This document shows positions 13,930 to 27,399 of a stretch of DNA of 64,000 bases, in pieces. The first letter of the stretch is position 1. The number at the start of each line of letters is the position of its first letter. The stretch comes from Felis catus (lineage: Eukaryota): the NCBI RefSeq assembly GCF_018350175.1, contig NC_058368.1, forward strand, positions 179,182,001 through 179,246,000, in the 5' to 3' direction. Both the position numbers and the translations under genes were made by a program. Below the pieces are notes generated by a model. That model was given only the letters and a program-made list of their open reading frames with translations, was not told the DNA's origin and did no database searches.

Positions 13930-14735
13930 GGCAACTGAGATTTCTAACAGAAGAATCCCATCCACAAAATAAGTTGGCCTCTGGGGAACTAGCAAATAAG
14001 GTCTGTCCGTCAGACATTAGGAGGGTGGGGTGAGACTGTGTTTTGTTCCCTATTTCCTCTCCATCTTTCCTTAGGAATCCCTTCCTCACCCTCTGCCCAG
14101 CTTCATCAGATTAGAAGGTTCCAACTGATCAATTTAAGAAAATGTCTTGGATAGATCTTGACACATGGTATTCAACATGAAGGTCTGTATTCATTCCAAA
14201 GACTCACATTGTATGAAAATGAAAGTAACTGATGTTGCTGTTTAATTTAAAAATGTATTTCTGCGTTTGCATACGGGCCTCTATTCTCAAGGCTCCATTT
14301 GGGGAAAATCAGACATTACTGACAAGGAAGTGGCTTTGCATACCAATACCCTATTCTGTTAAATTTTCTAAATGACTAACAGGAAACTTTGAACAAGAAT
14401 GCTACTGTTTGCTAAAGTTTGATTGCTTATCTATGATCCTCATTTGAGTTATTTCTGACCAGTGTAGAAACACATCACCTTTTTCCCTATTCCCTGTAGG
14501 CCTAACCACTGTCAACTTTTGAATGAGGGATGAAAGGGGCAGAAAAACATGAGGAAGATATAGGACAAAAAATAAGTAAAGCCACTAACATCATAGCCTG
14601 CCCCACCCTAGCCATGCCCACCCAAGGAAGATGGAAAAGTGGTGGGTGGCAGGATTCCCAGAGACACCCATTCTAGATACCCAAGAACCAAGGCAGCAGT
14701 TGGTTACTGACAAGCCAGCTCAAACCAAAATACTT

Positions 14736-14992
14736 TTATTTATTTATTTATTTATTTATTTAATTAATTAATTAAAAAAAAATTTTTTTTTAACGTTTAT
14801 TTATTTTTGAGACAGAGAGAGACAGAGCATGAACGGGGGAGGGGCAGAGAGAGAGGGAGACACAGAATCGGAAGCAGGCTCCAGGCTCCGAGCCATCAGC
14901 CCAGAGCCTGAAGCGGGGCTCCAACTCACGGACCGTGAGATCGTGACCTGGCTGAAGTCGGACACTTAACCGACTGCGCCACCCAGGCGCCC
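14736..14992 (-). mobile_element. Young felid Can-SINE with (AAAT)n tail
   Basis: 15-bp TSD caaaccaaaatactt at 14721-14735 and 14993-15007. Confidence 0.95.
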
Positions 14993-15810
14993 CAAACCAA
15001 AATACTTATAGTTGAGGATCAAAGGGATGTTTAAAGTACCAAGGTCATCTGGGCTCATTAAACCCAATGAGGACTCTCATACTGGAAATGTGGGTTGGCA
15101 AGCCAGTGGAAACAGCTACTTTGAGACAGGTGAGACTTTCAACAACCCTAGAAATAGAACCCATTGATTAGCCACCAATTCCACTTAAACATATTGAGAT
15201 ACACAGTTCATCAGGAACCCAAACTGAGAGAAATAAAAAGTAAACACCATTGTTATAGCATGCAGTGCACAGAAACAACAAGGGTGGGGTCGCTGTAGTT
15301 TGTGCAATGTTAGGAGGTAAGTACATGTTTCTCTTGGATTTATAGATGCGGAAACTGAGACACAAAGAGGGTAAACAACTTATCCACCTCATAACTTAGA
15401 TAGGTCAATTGACTGATCCAGAAGTCTGCTTTCTAACCACTGCACACACTGCTTGCCCACCAAAAAAAGGTAAACACTTATTGGGCATATATTATCTACC
15501 AAGCATATATCATTTTTGCAAAGATATTCATCTGAGCACCTACTGTGGGCTAGGTACTGTTCTGAGTCCTGGGGTTATAGTGACAGATAAGACAGATAAA
15601 ATCCCTGGCATTCTACTAGTATCACTGCATTTAATCTTCACAGTAATCCTCCAAGCTATTATCTTCATGTAACATGTGAGAAGCTCAGAGATTAAGGAAC
15701 TTGCCCATGACCACACAACTAGAAAGTGGTAAAAAGTGGATTCAAGCCCAGATCAGAGTCCAAAGTTCTTGCTTCCCTTACCAGCCTATTTCTGATGTTA
15801 CAATTTAGTG

Positions 15811-15851
<41 letters not shown>

Positions 15852-16878
15852 GTATATATTTACATATATGTATATATATACACACACAGTATACACTAGA
15901 CTTGCTCATTTCCTGTTTTCTCCAGCCTCGGTGAGGGTGAAGATTGAGTCTGCCTTTTGACCACTGAATTCCCAGTGTTGTTCCCACAGTAGAATTCAAT
16001 CAATATTTACAGAGCTTTAATAAATACTTGTTGAACTGAAGGGATGCGAACATGAAGGGCAGGTATGCCCCTTCTTCTGGTTAAACTCTTTCATGAATTT
16101 CTTAAGATTACTTCAGGAGATGCTGATTCAGCTTAGCTGCCAATTTGATTGCAGCCAAGTGCTCTGTGATCTTTAGGGTGGACTTATACTTCATCTGGGG
16201 CCCTGCTCTTTGCTGACATGTTTGAAAGTAAAAGCTTCAGCAAATACCAAGTGTTAATAATACAGTTTGGAAAAGTAGATACATAAGAGGAGCAAAAACA
16301 ATAATGGAGAAAAATAATACAATTGCCTTGAGTTCACTTCTCTAGTCCCTGAGCTGGACTTTGGAGGGTCTCTAACCTAGGGGAGTACTCACCTACTGGC
16401 AGGCCCACTTTGAATTCACGTGAAACACACTCATTGTAAATGCACAAGCATTTTGCCTGAAGTCTCTGGGCAAGGTGTTGACAGGCTCAGCACCAAGCAA
16501 CATCCTGATGTTGCATCAGGGAGGGCAACTGCCATGACCCAGCAGAAGCTTCCAGCAGCAAGGCCAGAGCTCACATCCAGTGATGGTATTGAATAAGGTT
16601 TGAGAATCACAGCCAGAGGTAACCAAGGAGGAAGTATTCCTCCACTGACCAGGAGAAGACAGAGGAATTACAACCTCCACTGAGCTTTTCTGTGCACTAA
16701 ACACTATTCCAAGGGCTTTATCCATAGTCACCTACTTAATCCTCACCATAATTCTTGGGTACAATCATTGTCATCTCCATTTTACAGATGAGAAGACTGA
16801 GGTAGTGTAAGATCAAGTGAATAGTCCAGGATGACACAGCCAGGAAGAAGCCAAAGTGCCTATCACTGTACTCCATTT

Positions 16879-17098
16879 AAAAAAAAAAAAATTTTAACAT
16901 TTATTTATATTTGAGAGACAAAGAGAGACAGAGCATGAGCAGGGGAGGGGCAAAGAGAGAGGGAGACACAGAATGCAAAGCAGCTTCCAGGCTCCAAGAT
17001 GTCAGCACAGAGTCTGATGTGGAGCTCGAACTCATAAACTGCGAGATCATGACCTGAGCCGAAGTCGGACGCTTAACCAACTGAGCCACCCAGAGCCC
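16879..17098 (-). mobile_element. Can-SINE
   Basis: 13-bp TSD ctgtactccattt at 16866-16878 and 17099-17111. Confidence 0.92.
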
Positions 17099-17182
17099 CT
17101 GTACTCCATTTTTAGTAAGCCAAAGGGACATGCTCAGCTAACAAGAGAAAGGTGGGATTGCCATGAGTTCTCTAACTAAGGA

Positions 17183-17412
17183 CAGTGATTCTCAACTAGG
17201 GACAGTTTTGCCCCCAATGGAACATTTGTCGATGTCTGGAGACATTTTCAGTTGTCACAGTCTGGAGGGGTAAGAGGATGAAGTGAAGGAGCTTCAGCAT
17301 CTAGCTGATAGAGGTCAGGGATGCTGCTAAACATCCTACAGTGCACAGAACAGCCCCATAACAAAGAAGAATCTGGTCCCAATGTCAATAGTGTCAAAGT
17401 TGTTAAGCACTA
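17183..17412. mobile_element. MER20-like hAT-Charlie DNA transposon
   Basis: cagtgattctcaac...tttgccccc...tgtctggagacattttcagttgtcac...gggatgctgctaaacatcctacagtgcacagaacagcccc matches the recalled MER20 consensus. Confidence 0.8.
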
Positions 17413-19339
17413 CTCTAAAACATCATGATGGGATTCACTCTCCTTTCCAGGGCTGCTGTAGGTGCACACACACACTCACACACACTCTCTCCTATATTAA
17501 CACACTCACACACTAGAGTTGGAAGAATGGCTTTATGATGAAACCAAGGGCTGATTTCTTCAGCCCCTCACTTCCAGGGAAGGGAGTGTCTGACACTCTG
17601 CTGGATCCTGCAAGTTAGAAAAGTGAGATGAGAGGGGATAGTTCCTGCTGTCCTGGAGCTTTTGTAAAATCTAATTGAAGAGACAAAATTAACCCAGAAA
17701 AAACAAGAAACTCTTAAAAATAAAAGACTAAGCTGTGGACCACAGCAGCTGTAGAGTCTCAGAGGAGAGAGATCAAGAGAGGTCCCATGAAGGAAGTGAG
17801 ACTGGAAGGAGAGAGAGGCACAGAGGGAGGGCAAGGGGGAGAAATGGAGTGAGAGCCCCTGAGGAGGTGGGTGGAGAATAAAGGTGGTAAGGGCAGGGAG
17901 GAAGGGGGGGAGGCTTGGTGTGATGTGGACATAGTCCCAATGAGGGACAGCTGGACCATGTGAATAAAATCCCAGGGTGACTCTATTTGAGTTTGGGGAC
18001 AGTGGCCAACTACAGGGGTCCATATGTTTGAGGAAGAGTTCAAGAATACTCCATTCATTGCTGTGCTGCTCTCACAGAACCCAGCCTCCTGACAGGAAAG
18101 GGTTAGGGTTGAGGAGATGAAGGCAAGACGGGGCAACTCAGTCCATCTGAATCTTATGAGACCACCAGATAGTGAAAAGCCACCCATAACCCATCACCTC
18201 CCCACCCCTACCGCTCATTCATCTACCCACTTATCTACCCACCTGCTCATCCATCCACCCACCCATCCATCCAATTAACAATTACTAATTGAGCACCTGC
18301 TCTGTGCCAGAGAAGAGCAGGAGTCATTGTCTTGCTATCATGGAGTTTACATTCTAGGGAAGAGCCAAATAATTCAACATGAACCTGCAATGAAATATGA
18401 TGAAGGTGATGGAAGAGCTATGGTAGCATGAAGCAAAAGGTGCACCTGTGCCCAACCTGTGAAATGGAGACATTAGTACTAATAATGGTGTTGTTTGTTG
18501 CCTTGAACAAAAAGAAGAAAGAGAGATTACTACTGAATTGTAAGTTTCCTGAGGGCAGGGACTGTGATTTTATCAAAACCAGCTCAGGACCATCACTTAG
18601 CATAATACCCAATTTAGGACCATCACTTAACACAGGCTTACTGAATTTAATTGATATGAATAGGCAATAAAAACAGCTTTCTTGTCCTTCACAGCTCCCA
18701 AAACCAAAAATTTATACCTTGGGCAGAATGCCTTCGCTGTGTCTATTGTATTGGTTTACTAAACAGTTACTGAGTACTTTTACCAGCCTCTTACTTAACT
18801 CACTTTCATGGACGGGTCGTGATGAAATTGTAATGCAAAACGGCACACGTACAGATTTGCAAGAAGGATGTTTATAGCGTCCACTGGATTCCTAAGGGGT
18901 CCCATGTTACAATAACAATTATTTTCTCTTATGTAGCATGTTCTTGCTAGTGCCTTATAGCTGGATGGACTCAAAGTTGACCCCAAAACAGAGCTCTGCC
19001 CTCAGACAATATGGTATCCAGTGGGCAAAGTGACATGTAGTTTGTTACATAACTAAAAGGTGAAAACTGAGTACTTCAGTAAAACAGAAGAGGCTCCTCC
19101 AGGAATGAAGTTTAAGGAAACTGCCTGAGTTTGCATTTCAGTGAGACCCTGAAGGTCTCTGCTCCTCCATTTCCTTATCTGTGAAAGGATGATAAAAGTA
19201 CCCATCTCACAGGGTGGTTAAATGTGGTAGCACAAGTGCTCTGTAAATGTACCATGTTGAAAAAAGGTGAGCAATGTTAGTATTTATGACACTGTGGATA
19301 ACTCAGATCAACAGTTTAAGTAAGGAAGTTTCGTATGCA

Positions 19340-19880
19340 ATTCCATTCTCCCTGCTGCTCAAACCAAAAACCTTGGAGTCACTCCTGATTCCTCTCTTTC
19401 TCTCATACCTAATTCCAATCTATGAGGAAAATCCCATTTTCTCCACCTACAACACACACATCCAGGATCTAAGCGAATCTCACCTCCTCCACTGCTGCCT
19501 CCCTGGTGTGGGCCACCACCATCTCTTGCCTGGGTTATTGTAGTAGTTGCTGGACTGGCCTTCCTGGTTCCTCATTTAATTCCCCTCTCTCCATCATAAA
19601 GCATCTAGAATAATCCTTTTCAGACAACTCAGAACATTCTGCAATTCTACTGAAACCCCTACAGTGTCCCACCTCCTTCCATTTAGAGTAAAAGCTGAAG
19701 TCATTGCAACATGTGCCAGGCACTACTCAATACAACCTCCCGTCAGAGAATTCATTTCCTACTCTTCTGCCTCTTGCTTATTCTCCTCCAGCCACAGGGA
19801 CCTCCCACACATCAAAGAGGTACCCTCTTCACGACCTTTGCATTGACTGTTGATTCTACCCAGAACATTCTTTCCTGAGA
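19340..19880 (+). mobile_element. L2 LINE fragment
   Basis: ctcaaaccaaaaaccttggagtcactcctgattcctctctttctctc...ccaccatctcttgcctgggttattgtagtag is typical L2 3' ORF2 sequence. Confidence 0.7.
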
Positions 19881-20934
19881 CAACTCTCTACTGACACAAC
19901 TAGTGAGGCAAGCAGCAAATTCCCACTTCCTTGGCAAATCCTCTAGATTCAGCTGGCACTATGTATGTCCCTCTGCCAAAACCCAACATGCTGATCATGG
20001 TGTCTCAGCCCTGGCATTGCCACCACTCAATCCAGTCCAACAAATGACTGCTCAACATCTGTTCTATTCAGGATCTGTGTTGGATCTTGCATCTATGCAA
20101 GTCACAGTGTCTACCTGTCTCCTTCTACCATCTTAGTTTAGGCTTGGATTCAAGGGATCATGTGTTGTCAGGAAAACTCTAAGTACCCTGGAGCAATGTC
20201 TAGAGAGGGGTCTGGAAAAGTGAGAAATGAAGTCATATCCCCTTCCAACCCCAGCTTCTATGACTATAGCTTTAAACTAGTGCAGAAGCTGACAGTGTCC
20301 TATTGAGGTCACAGGAGATGACTTTCTCCAAAGAGAACTAAAAACCAAGTAAGACTTAAGAGGCTTACAAACTCAGCCTTACTGTGTTTTAACTCACATC
20401 AATTAAATGAAGTAGGAATATGGGAGAAAGTGCCTATTAAAGAGAACCTTTGTAGTGTCTCTACCCAGATTCCTCTGGATTTGGATGGTGATGAGCATTA
20501 TCATTTCCCATTTGCAGAACATTTGCTACAGAACACAGACTGTGGCACCCATGTGTAATTGACTATTAAAGACCTGTAAGCTTTAAAAAACAAGCAAACA
20601 AACAAATAAAAGTCCAAAGATCCAGAAATTATAATATTATGGTGACGACATTGCCTGCCTCAACATACAACAGCAATATAAGGATGTTGATCTCAGGAAG
20701 AAGCAGAGCTTAGTAAACACAATCTGTTAAGGTTCATTCAAATACAAACATTATGATTGGGAACAAGATAGCCACTAACTGATGAAGCTCTCACAAGCCT
20801 AGGGATTAGGACCATCTCTTTAGTGGACTCAAAGAGCAGGCACTTCTGAACAATCCCAAATTGCTGATGCTTTAGACAGTGGAAAGCCAGGCACCTAAGA
20901 ATTGATGCTAGGATGGAATCAGATTTCCAATACA

Positions 20935-20974
<40 letters not shown>

Positions 20975-21813
20975 GCACCAGACTAATTTCTAGGGACCAG
21001 TCCAAGATATAGTTGGCCTCCATAGCAAAGATACATGTACTAAGATCCCTCCAAGTGTTTCCTTTGGAATTCTTTCCTCCATTGTTCCTCAGAGGCCTTC
21101 TCAGACCCTTCTCTCCAATATTCTTATTCACGGAACAAACTCTTTTCTTACACTGGCACATATAATGTAATTATATGTTTATTGATTTTTCCACAAAGTC
21201 CTTTTTTTTTTTTTTGTCTCTCCCACTAGACTATAAGCTCCAACACTGTAGGAACCATATTAGTCTAATTCTAGTAATTTCCTTGTCTAGCATAGGGCCT
21301 GGCACATAAGAAATCCTCAATAAATATTTAAGAAATAATGAAGAATGAATGAGTAAATGACCGAACAAGTTAATGAGTGAAAAATGCTCTCTATCCCTCC
21401 TCCTTGATTATTACCTTGGCAAATGTGAGTCCATCTATTCACATCTCCTCTCTCAGACCTTTGAACAAATAAATATGGATAAAAGATTCAGTAGACACTT
21501 GAATTGCAAAGTCATGCAGAGTTGCGGTGGGTGGCATGTTGGGGCCACTATTATGATGTTATCAGAATATCAAAGTTATGAATGAGTGATGGAATTAGAA
21601 GGAGTTGGTGAGGAGAGAGAAGAGAAGAGTGCTGATGTGTTAAGAGAAGCTGGGTTGCCACAAGAAGGGGGACAGAGGTTTCCAGGGTGGTCTCAGTTCA
21701 GACCCTTCTAGACACCTGCCTCTCATGTTTCCTGGATTTCTTTTTTATTTCCCCTGATCCTTAAAATATACCTACCCCCTCCTCACATACACATAGATAC
21801 TGCACAACTTTTA

Positions 21814-22248
21814 TAAATTTTTTTTCAACGTTTATTTATTTTTGGGACAGAGAGAGAGACAGAGCATGAACAGGGGAGGGGCAGAGAGAGAGGGAGACAC
21901 AGAATCCGAAACAGGCTCCAGGCTCTGAGCCATCAGCCCAGAGCCCGCCGCGGGGCTCGAACTCACGGACCGCGAGATTGTGACCTGGCTGAAGTCGGAC
22001 GCTTAACCGACTGCGCCACCCAGGCGCCCCATAAATTTTTTTTCAACGTTTATTTATTTTTGGGACAGAGAGAGACAGAGCATGAACGGGGGAGGGGCAG
22101 AGAGAGAGGGAGACACAGAATCCGAAACAGGCTCCAGGCTCTGAGCCATCAGCTCAGAGCCTGACGCGGGGCTCGAACTCCCGGACCACAAGATCGTGAC
22201 CTGGCTGAAGTCGGACGCTTAACCAACTGCGCCACCCAGGCGCCCCCC
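21814..22248 (-). mobile_element. Two head-to-tail young felid Can-SINEs
   Basis: Two full SINE bodies (21826-22030, 22044-22248). Outer TSD atactgcacaactttta at 21797-21813 and 22249-22265. Confidence 0.95.
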
Positions 22249-22484
22249 ATACTGCACAACTTTTAATTGAACCAGTCTGAATGGATTTTGTTCCTTTAAT
22301 AAGAGCCTGTGCTGCACGAGATTCAAGTACCCACTGCCCACTCCAAATCTGTCCATTTTGGCATGGAGCAGCTCTGTCTAGGGTCCTGCACTGCAACAGC
22401 ATCACAGGCATTCCTGTATGTGGGGGTGGTCTCAGATTCATCCATATTCCCCAATCAAGACATGGAAAAAGACCCTTTTCCTAC

Positions 22485-23836
22485 TTTTGCAGAGGTTTGC
22501 ATTGTGCCCCTCCCACAAACAAAAGATGTGTTAGAGTCCTACGCCCCAGTACATCAATGTGTGATCTTATTTGGATAGAGTCTTTACAAAGGTAATCAAG
22601 TGAAAATGAGGTCATTAGGGTGGGCCCTAACCCAATAAAGAGTGGTGTCCTTATTAAAAGGAAAATTTGGAGAAAGACACATACACAGGGAGAACACTGT
22701 ATGGAGATGGAAGTAGAGATCAGGATGATGCCTCTACAAGGCAAGGAGCACCAAAGATTGCCAGCAAACCACTAGAATCTAGGGAGGGGCATAGAACAGA
22801 TCCTCCCAAACAGCCCTTAGAAGGCACTACCAATGCTCCCCAACACTGCCAGCAAGTACTCAACCATAACCAGAGACAGCCTGCATATAGAAGAGGTTTC
22901 TAGGCATCACTGAAGCCCCCCGCACCAATTCCCCCCCTCACTCTCTGTCTGAAAAGCCTGACCTGTCCCTAAATGTCATACCACAGACAATGGGTCATCC
23001 CTTATGGACTCAACTGTTATCCATGCCTAGTCCCACAAATTTGTTTGTTGAAGCCTTAATCCCCAGGACCTCAGAATGTAACCATATTTGGGGATCAGTT
23101 CTTTAAGTACATGATTAAATTAAAAATGAGGCTGTTAGTGTGAAGTCCTAATCCCATATAACTGGCATCCTTCTAAGAGGAAGAGACACTAGGGGTGAGC
23201 GTGCACAGAGATGACTGCGTGAGGACAAAGCCATGAGACGGCAGGTGTCTGCAAGCCAATGCCTCAGGAGAAACCAATCTACCGGCACCTTGGCCTTGGC
23301 CTTCCAGCCTCCAGAACTGTGAGGAAACAAATTTCTATTTTTTAAGCCACCCAGTCTGTGGTACTTTCTTATGGCTGCCTTAAACAAACTGACATATCAT
23401 CCCCCAAATCCTTCTTCCCCTTCTTCCTTAGAAATGGCACTCCTAATTTTCAGCGGGGTGCATGGCTGCCTGCGTTACAGACTACATTTCCTAGCTTCCC
23501 TCCTCAGTCACGTGATTAGGCTTTAGCTAACAGGAAACAAGAGGAAGTGTTAAGTGGGCCCTCAGGTAGGTGTCCTTAAAGAGAAAGGTCATGTCCTTCT
23601 GCTTCCCTTCATCCTTCTTTCTGGCTGGAAGGGGGACTTGACAACTGGAGCTTGAGCAACCTGCTCAGTTCAGGAGGCAGCAGCCTCATGCTGAGGAAGC
23701 AGCATAGTAGACCATGACCCCCTCTTCATGGACCATTTCTGGGCTTTCTATTTGAGGGAGAAATAAACTTCTAGTTTGGGTAAGCCACTGTTTAGAGGCA
23801 TTCTATCACCCAGTCACACTTATTCTTAACTGATAC
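22485..23836 (+). mobile_element. Cluster of three MaLR (MLT1-type) solo LTR remnants (~22485-22830, ~23000-23395, ~23395-23836)
   Basis: MLT1 hallmarks: aaaatgaggtcattagggtgggccctaaccc; cttccagcctccagaactgtgaggaaacaaatttctattttttaagccacccagtctgtgg; gactacatttcctagcttcc...gagaaataaacttct...taagccactg. Confidence 0.75.
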
Positions 23837-25829
23837 TGTTATACTCTTTCCTCCTCTCCCTTTTCTGCTCTCCCTTCTCTCCTTCAAGGAGGAAGCTCTC
23901 ATCACTGAGACTCAGGCAGAGAGGATTAACACAGTAAAGGTGAAAAGGAAATGTTATTATAAGTAGACTCTTGCAGGGTTAACTAATCAGGCAGTTAATA
24001 GGTAAAAGGTCACTTACTTCTGTTCTTGTATTCCTACATCCAATCCCCGCCCTTCTCACAATTAATTATATTAAATTCTTACGGGTGGCATGCCTGCTCA
24101 AAACTTCCATTGTACACAGAACGAAGTCCAAACCTACAAGGTTGGTGTTCAAAGCCCTTCACAATCTGGCTGCAACTTACCTCTCCAAAGTTTTTTGTTT
24201 TGTTTTGTTTCCCATTATAAACATCTACTAAAACCAAAGCAGAATATTTATTGTTTGATCCAAATGCCACATACATTCCAACATCTTGCCTTTTTCTATG
24301 ACATTCCCCTTCCCAGATTCCATCCTAGTGTGGTGCAAAGGGCCTGTAAAGTCAATTGAATTTAAGGCCACGCCCAAGTGCTTCCATATTATATGAACTC
24401 TGGGCCTTGATTTCTTGATGTATAACATGAAGATAATGCCTCACATAAATGTTCTGGAGCCAAAGATATTGCGCGAGAATAGGTCTTATAACCCACAAAA
24501 TATTATACTCTTGGAAGGCATAACTGTCCTGAATCTGGCATTACTCTGTGCTTCTCTTGGCTCCAGAGCCATTAGGTAACCCCCTTGACCTTAGTAGGTA
24601 ACTTTCATTGAGCCAACCACATTACTAATGCTTCTCCTGCATTACCCCATCCAATCCTCACAACGATCCCCCAAGACTGACATTATTCATCATTACCCCC
24701 ACTCTATTGATGAGGAAACAGGCCCATATTTGAAATCAGTTCTGACTTCACAGCCACAGCTTCTAACGTTACATATATCTCCTCCAAGGACAGAGTCTGT
24801 GCCTTTTCTTACTTCAGAGTCACACTGTTTTGTCCTTGGAAACACCTATTGCGCCTCTGGAACTCTCTGGAATCCTAATGATCACATGTTTCCTTCCTTT
24901 CCCAAGGAAGGAAAAATAATCTGACTATAGATCTATATGAAGGGTCAACTGGCTGCCTACCAGACAATAAGATGAGCAAGAAGCCAGTAGTTCTGATGAT
25001 GAAGGAGCCTCATGTAAAGCCAGCCCCGAGACAAATAGACACCAGCAATCCTTGAGAATTAAGACAGAAAAAGACTGGCTAATGTTACCAGCAATGTTTG
25101 GTTTCCTGACAAGGAAACCAAATAGGAAAGCAAAGCTCAGATTCTCCTTGTGTTTTAGGCCTGGCTGGGACTCTGGAGATATTTCAAGAATCCCCTAATC
25201 CTTTATATGTTTCTCTTTTCTTCTTCAAAGCCCCCATAGTCATTATCTCAAATGCTCTTCATAAAAGAACACCTTGAAATCAAAAAATATTAATTCCTTA
25301 ACTTACAATGAGAAAATGAGAGCATAGATCTGTCTGCATATAGTGATGGTGTTGGAACTAGAATCCAGACTCCTTACTGTAGGTTTCTGTTCTTTCTATT
25401 CCATGACTCCAGTCCCCCATTTCATCATAACCTAAACTTTGCCTTTTCCTTCCATCTACCCAGGGCCTAAGAAAGAGGGCTGGAGGTTACCTTCCTTAGT
25501 CCAGCATTCATTTGCAGAGAAAAGAGATTCTTTTGATGAGCAGGCACCTACCAAGTGCTCTCTGGCTCCCTAGAGGGTCATAGACCTTCTGGCCCCCCAA
25601 TGAAATAGAATTTTCACAAGTAGGCATGAAAAATGTCAGCTATACTATCAGATCAAGAAGCCTCTGAGCTTAGGGCCTAACAGAGCTCCCAATCTCTGAG
25701 CACATAGGTGGGATTTTCCTCTTCTAGAGAGTGTGGGAACCCCACTCCATCCTGTAACTCTATCCCATCCTGTGATGTCATGTCCTCAACTAAACCTCCA
25801 TGCAGAGGACAAAGTCTAAGAATAATAAT

Positions 25830-26075
25830 TGATAACATTTAGTGAGGATTGCTTTGTACAATTGTCATTCTAGGGACTTTATGTGGATGAATTCGTTTAA
25901 TCCTACAATAACCCTGGGAAGCAGGTACTATTATTATCCCCATCATACAGACAAGGAAACTGAGGCCTGGAGAGAGTAAGTAACTTGTCTGAGTCACAGG
26001 GTTGGGAAGTGTCAGAAGCTGGAATCCAAGAACAAGCAGTCTAGCACCAGAGCCCATGATCTTCACACCATAGCA
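25830..26075 (-). mobile_element. MIR SINE (one of several; others near 100-330, 7060-7250, 12480-12670, 16670-16860, 39290-39520, 60020-60220)
   Basis: MIR core: ggtactattattatccccatcatacagacaaggaaactgaggcctggagagagtaagtaacttgtctgagtcacag. Confidence 0.8.
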
Positions 26076-27399
26076 CAGGGCCTTCACAGCAGGAATGCAC
26101 TGCAGCCCTTGGGATGGAGGCTGGGACTCTTCCATATCACTCAATCTCCCCCATTAACTGCCCTGCTTACCCTAGACCACCAATACTGTCTCTTGTCTGC
26201 TGCCCAGGCACCTTCGCCCTTCTGTCCACCCAAACTTCCTCCACACTGGCTGCAGCATGAATCTGCTCATGCCTCTTCCCTGCTCAGAAGCCCTCTTTGG
26301 TTCCCCACTGCCAAAGTAGAAAGAGTCTCAACTTCTTAGCCTGGCATTTATAGCCTTCCAAAATGTGGCTCCAGCTTACTCTGAGCATAATCATTCCCTT
26401 CAGGTGAAAGGCAAACCTCTCTTCTTTCCCAGATATCCCCTCCGGGTCTAGCTTTCATCTCCTACACTACATTGGCCTCTCCACCTACAATGGTCTGCCC
26501 TATTTAACAGTCCCCATCTTAACTTGAGAAAAATTTCAGCCTAATACCCCTAGCTAGAGGGGCCAAAGTTAGAGAAGCTTTGAGGTTAAACGTGGTCCTT
26601 TTGGGGTTTAGTTCAAACTTCCCATTTTACAGATGAAGAAACTGAGCCCCTCAAGGGTATAGATTATTATTTGTTGTCTGGATGGGGACCATTCGTCTTA
26701 AAACACTCCATGGTGCCTAGAGCCCATTAAGTGAACAGATAAATGTTGAACTCTCCAGGGCAGTATTTCTCCAACAGTGGCCTTGGGACTACCCTTAGTA
26801 ATAGCGCCCACCCCTGGATCCTCCAACCTCTGACCTATTCAATCCTCATCTCTGAGGGTGGTGTCTGCCATACAGCGGTTTTCAAATTCACACTTGAGTT
26901 TGAAAACCACAGTGAGTCTATGGAGGTTGCACCACGGGTGCCACTTAGTAGAATGAGTCCCAGTACCTGAAGCCTCCCTTCCCCCAGCTACCACTTCCGC
27001 CCCTGAGCTTGAGGCAGAGGCTTCTGGGAGCTTAGATGGCTGAAGCTGATGAGGCTGGCTTCTTGGATATCCCCAGATAACCTGGCAGAGAAGCCTTTCT
27101 CCCCATAGGCTCTCCAGGGCTGAGTGAAGGACTCCACCTTCCAATACCACCCCACAAGCTAGTATAGCCCTCTGGACCTTCTACCAAATCAGGGGTCATC
27201 TGACCCAAAAGGAACAGGCAGGAGAAGCAGACAGATGGGTGTCACTGGGCCAGGCAAGGCCGGGCCAGGGGAGAGAACGGGCGCTCCTTTATGAGGCCCG
27301 CTCTCTACATGGGGCAATGGAGTCCACTCATTGAAACACTGGGAGTCTGGCACACAGAGCCAGGTTGACAGGCACTGGGCTGGACTGCTTCTAAGGGAT

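Noticed and set aside
18586..18629. 14-bp direct repeat aggaccatcactta with 30-bp period
   Set aside because: A small local duplication in old repeat-like sequence with no supporting structure.
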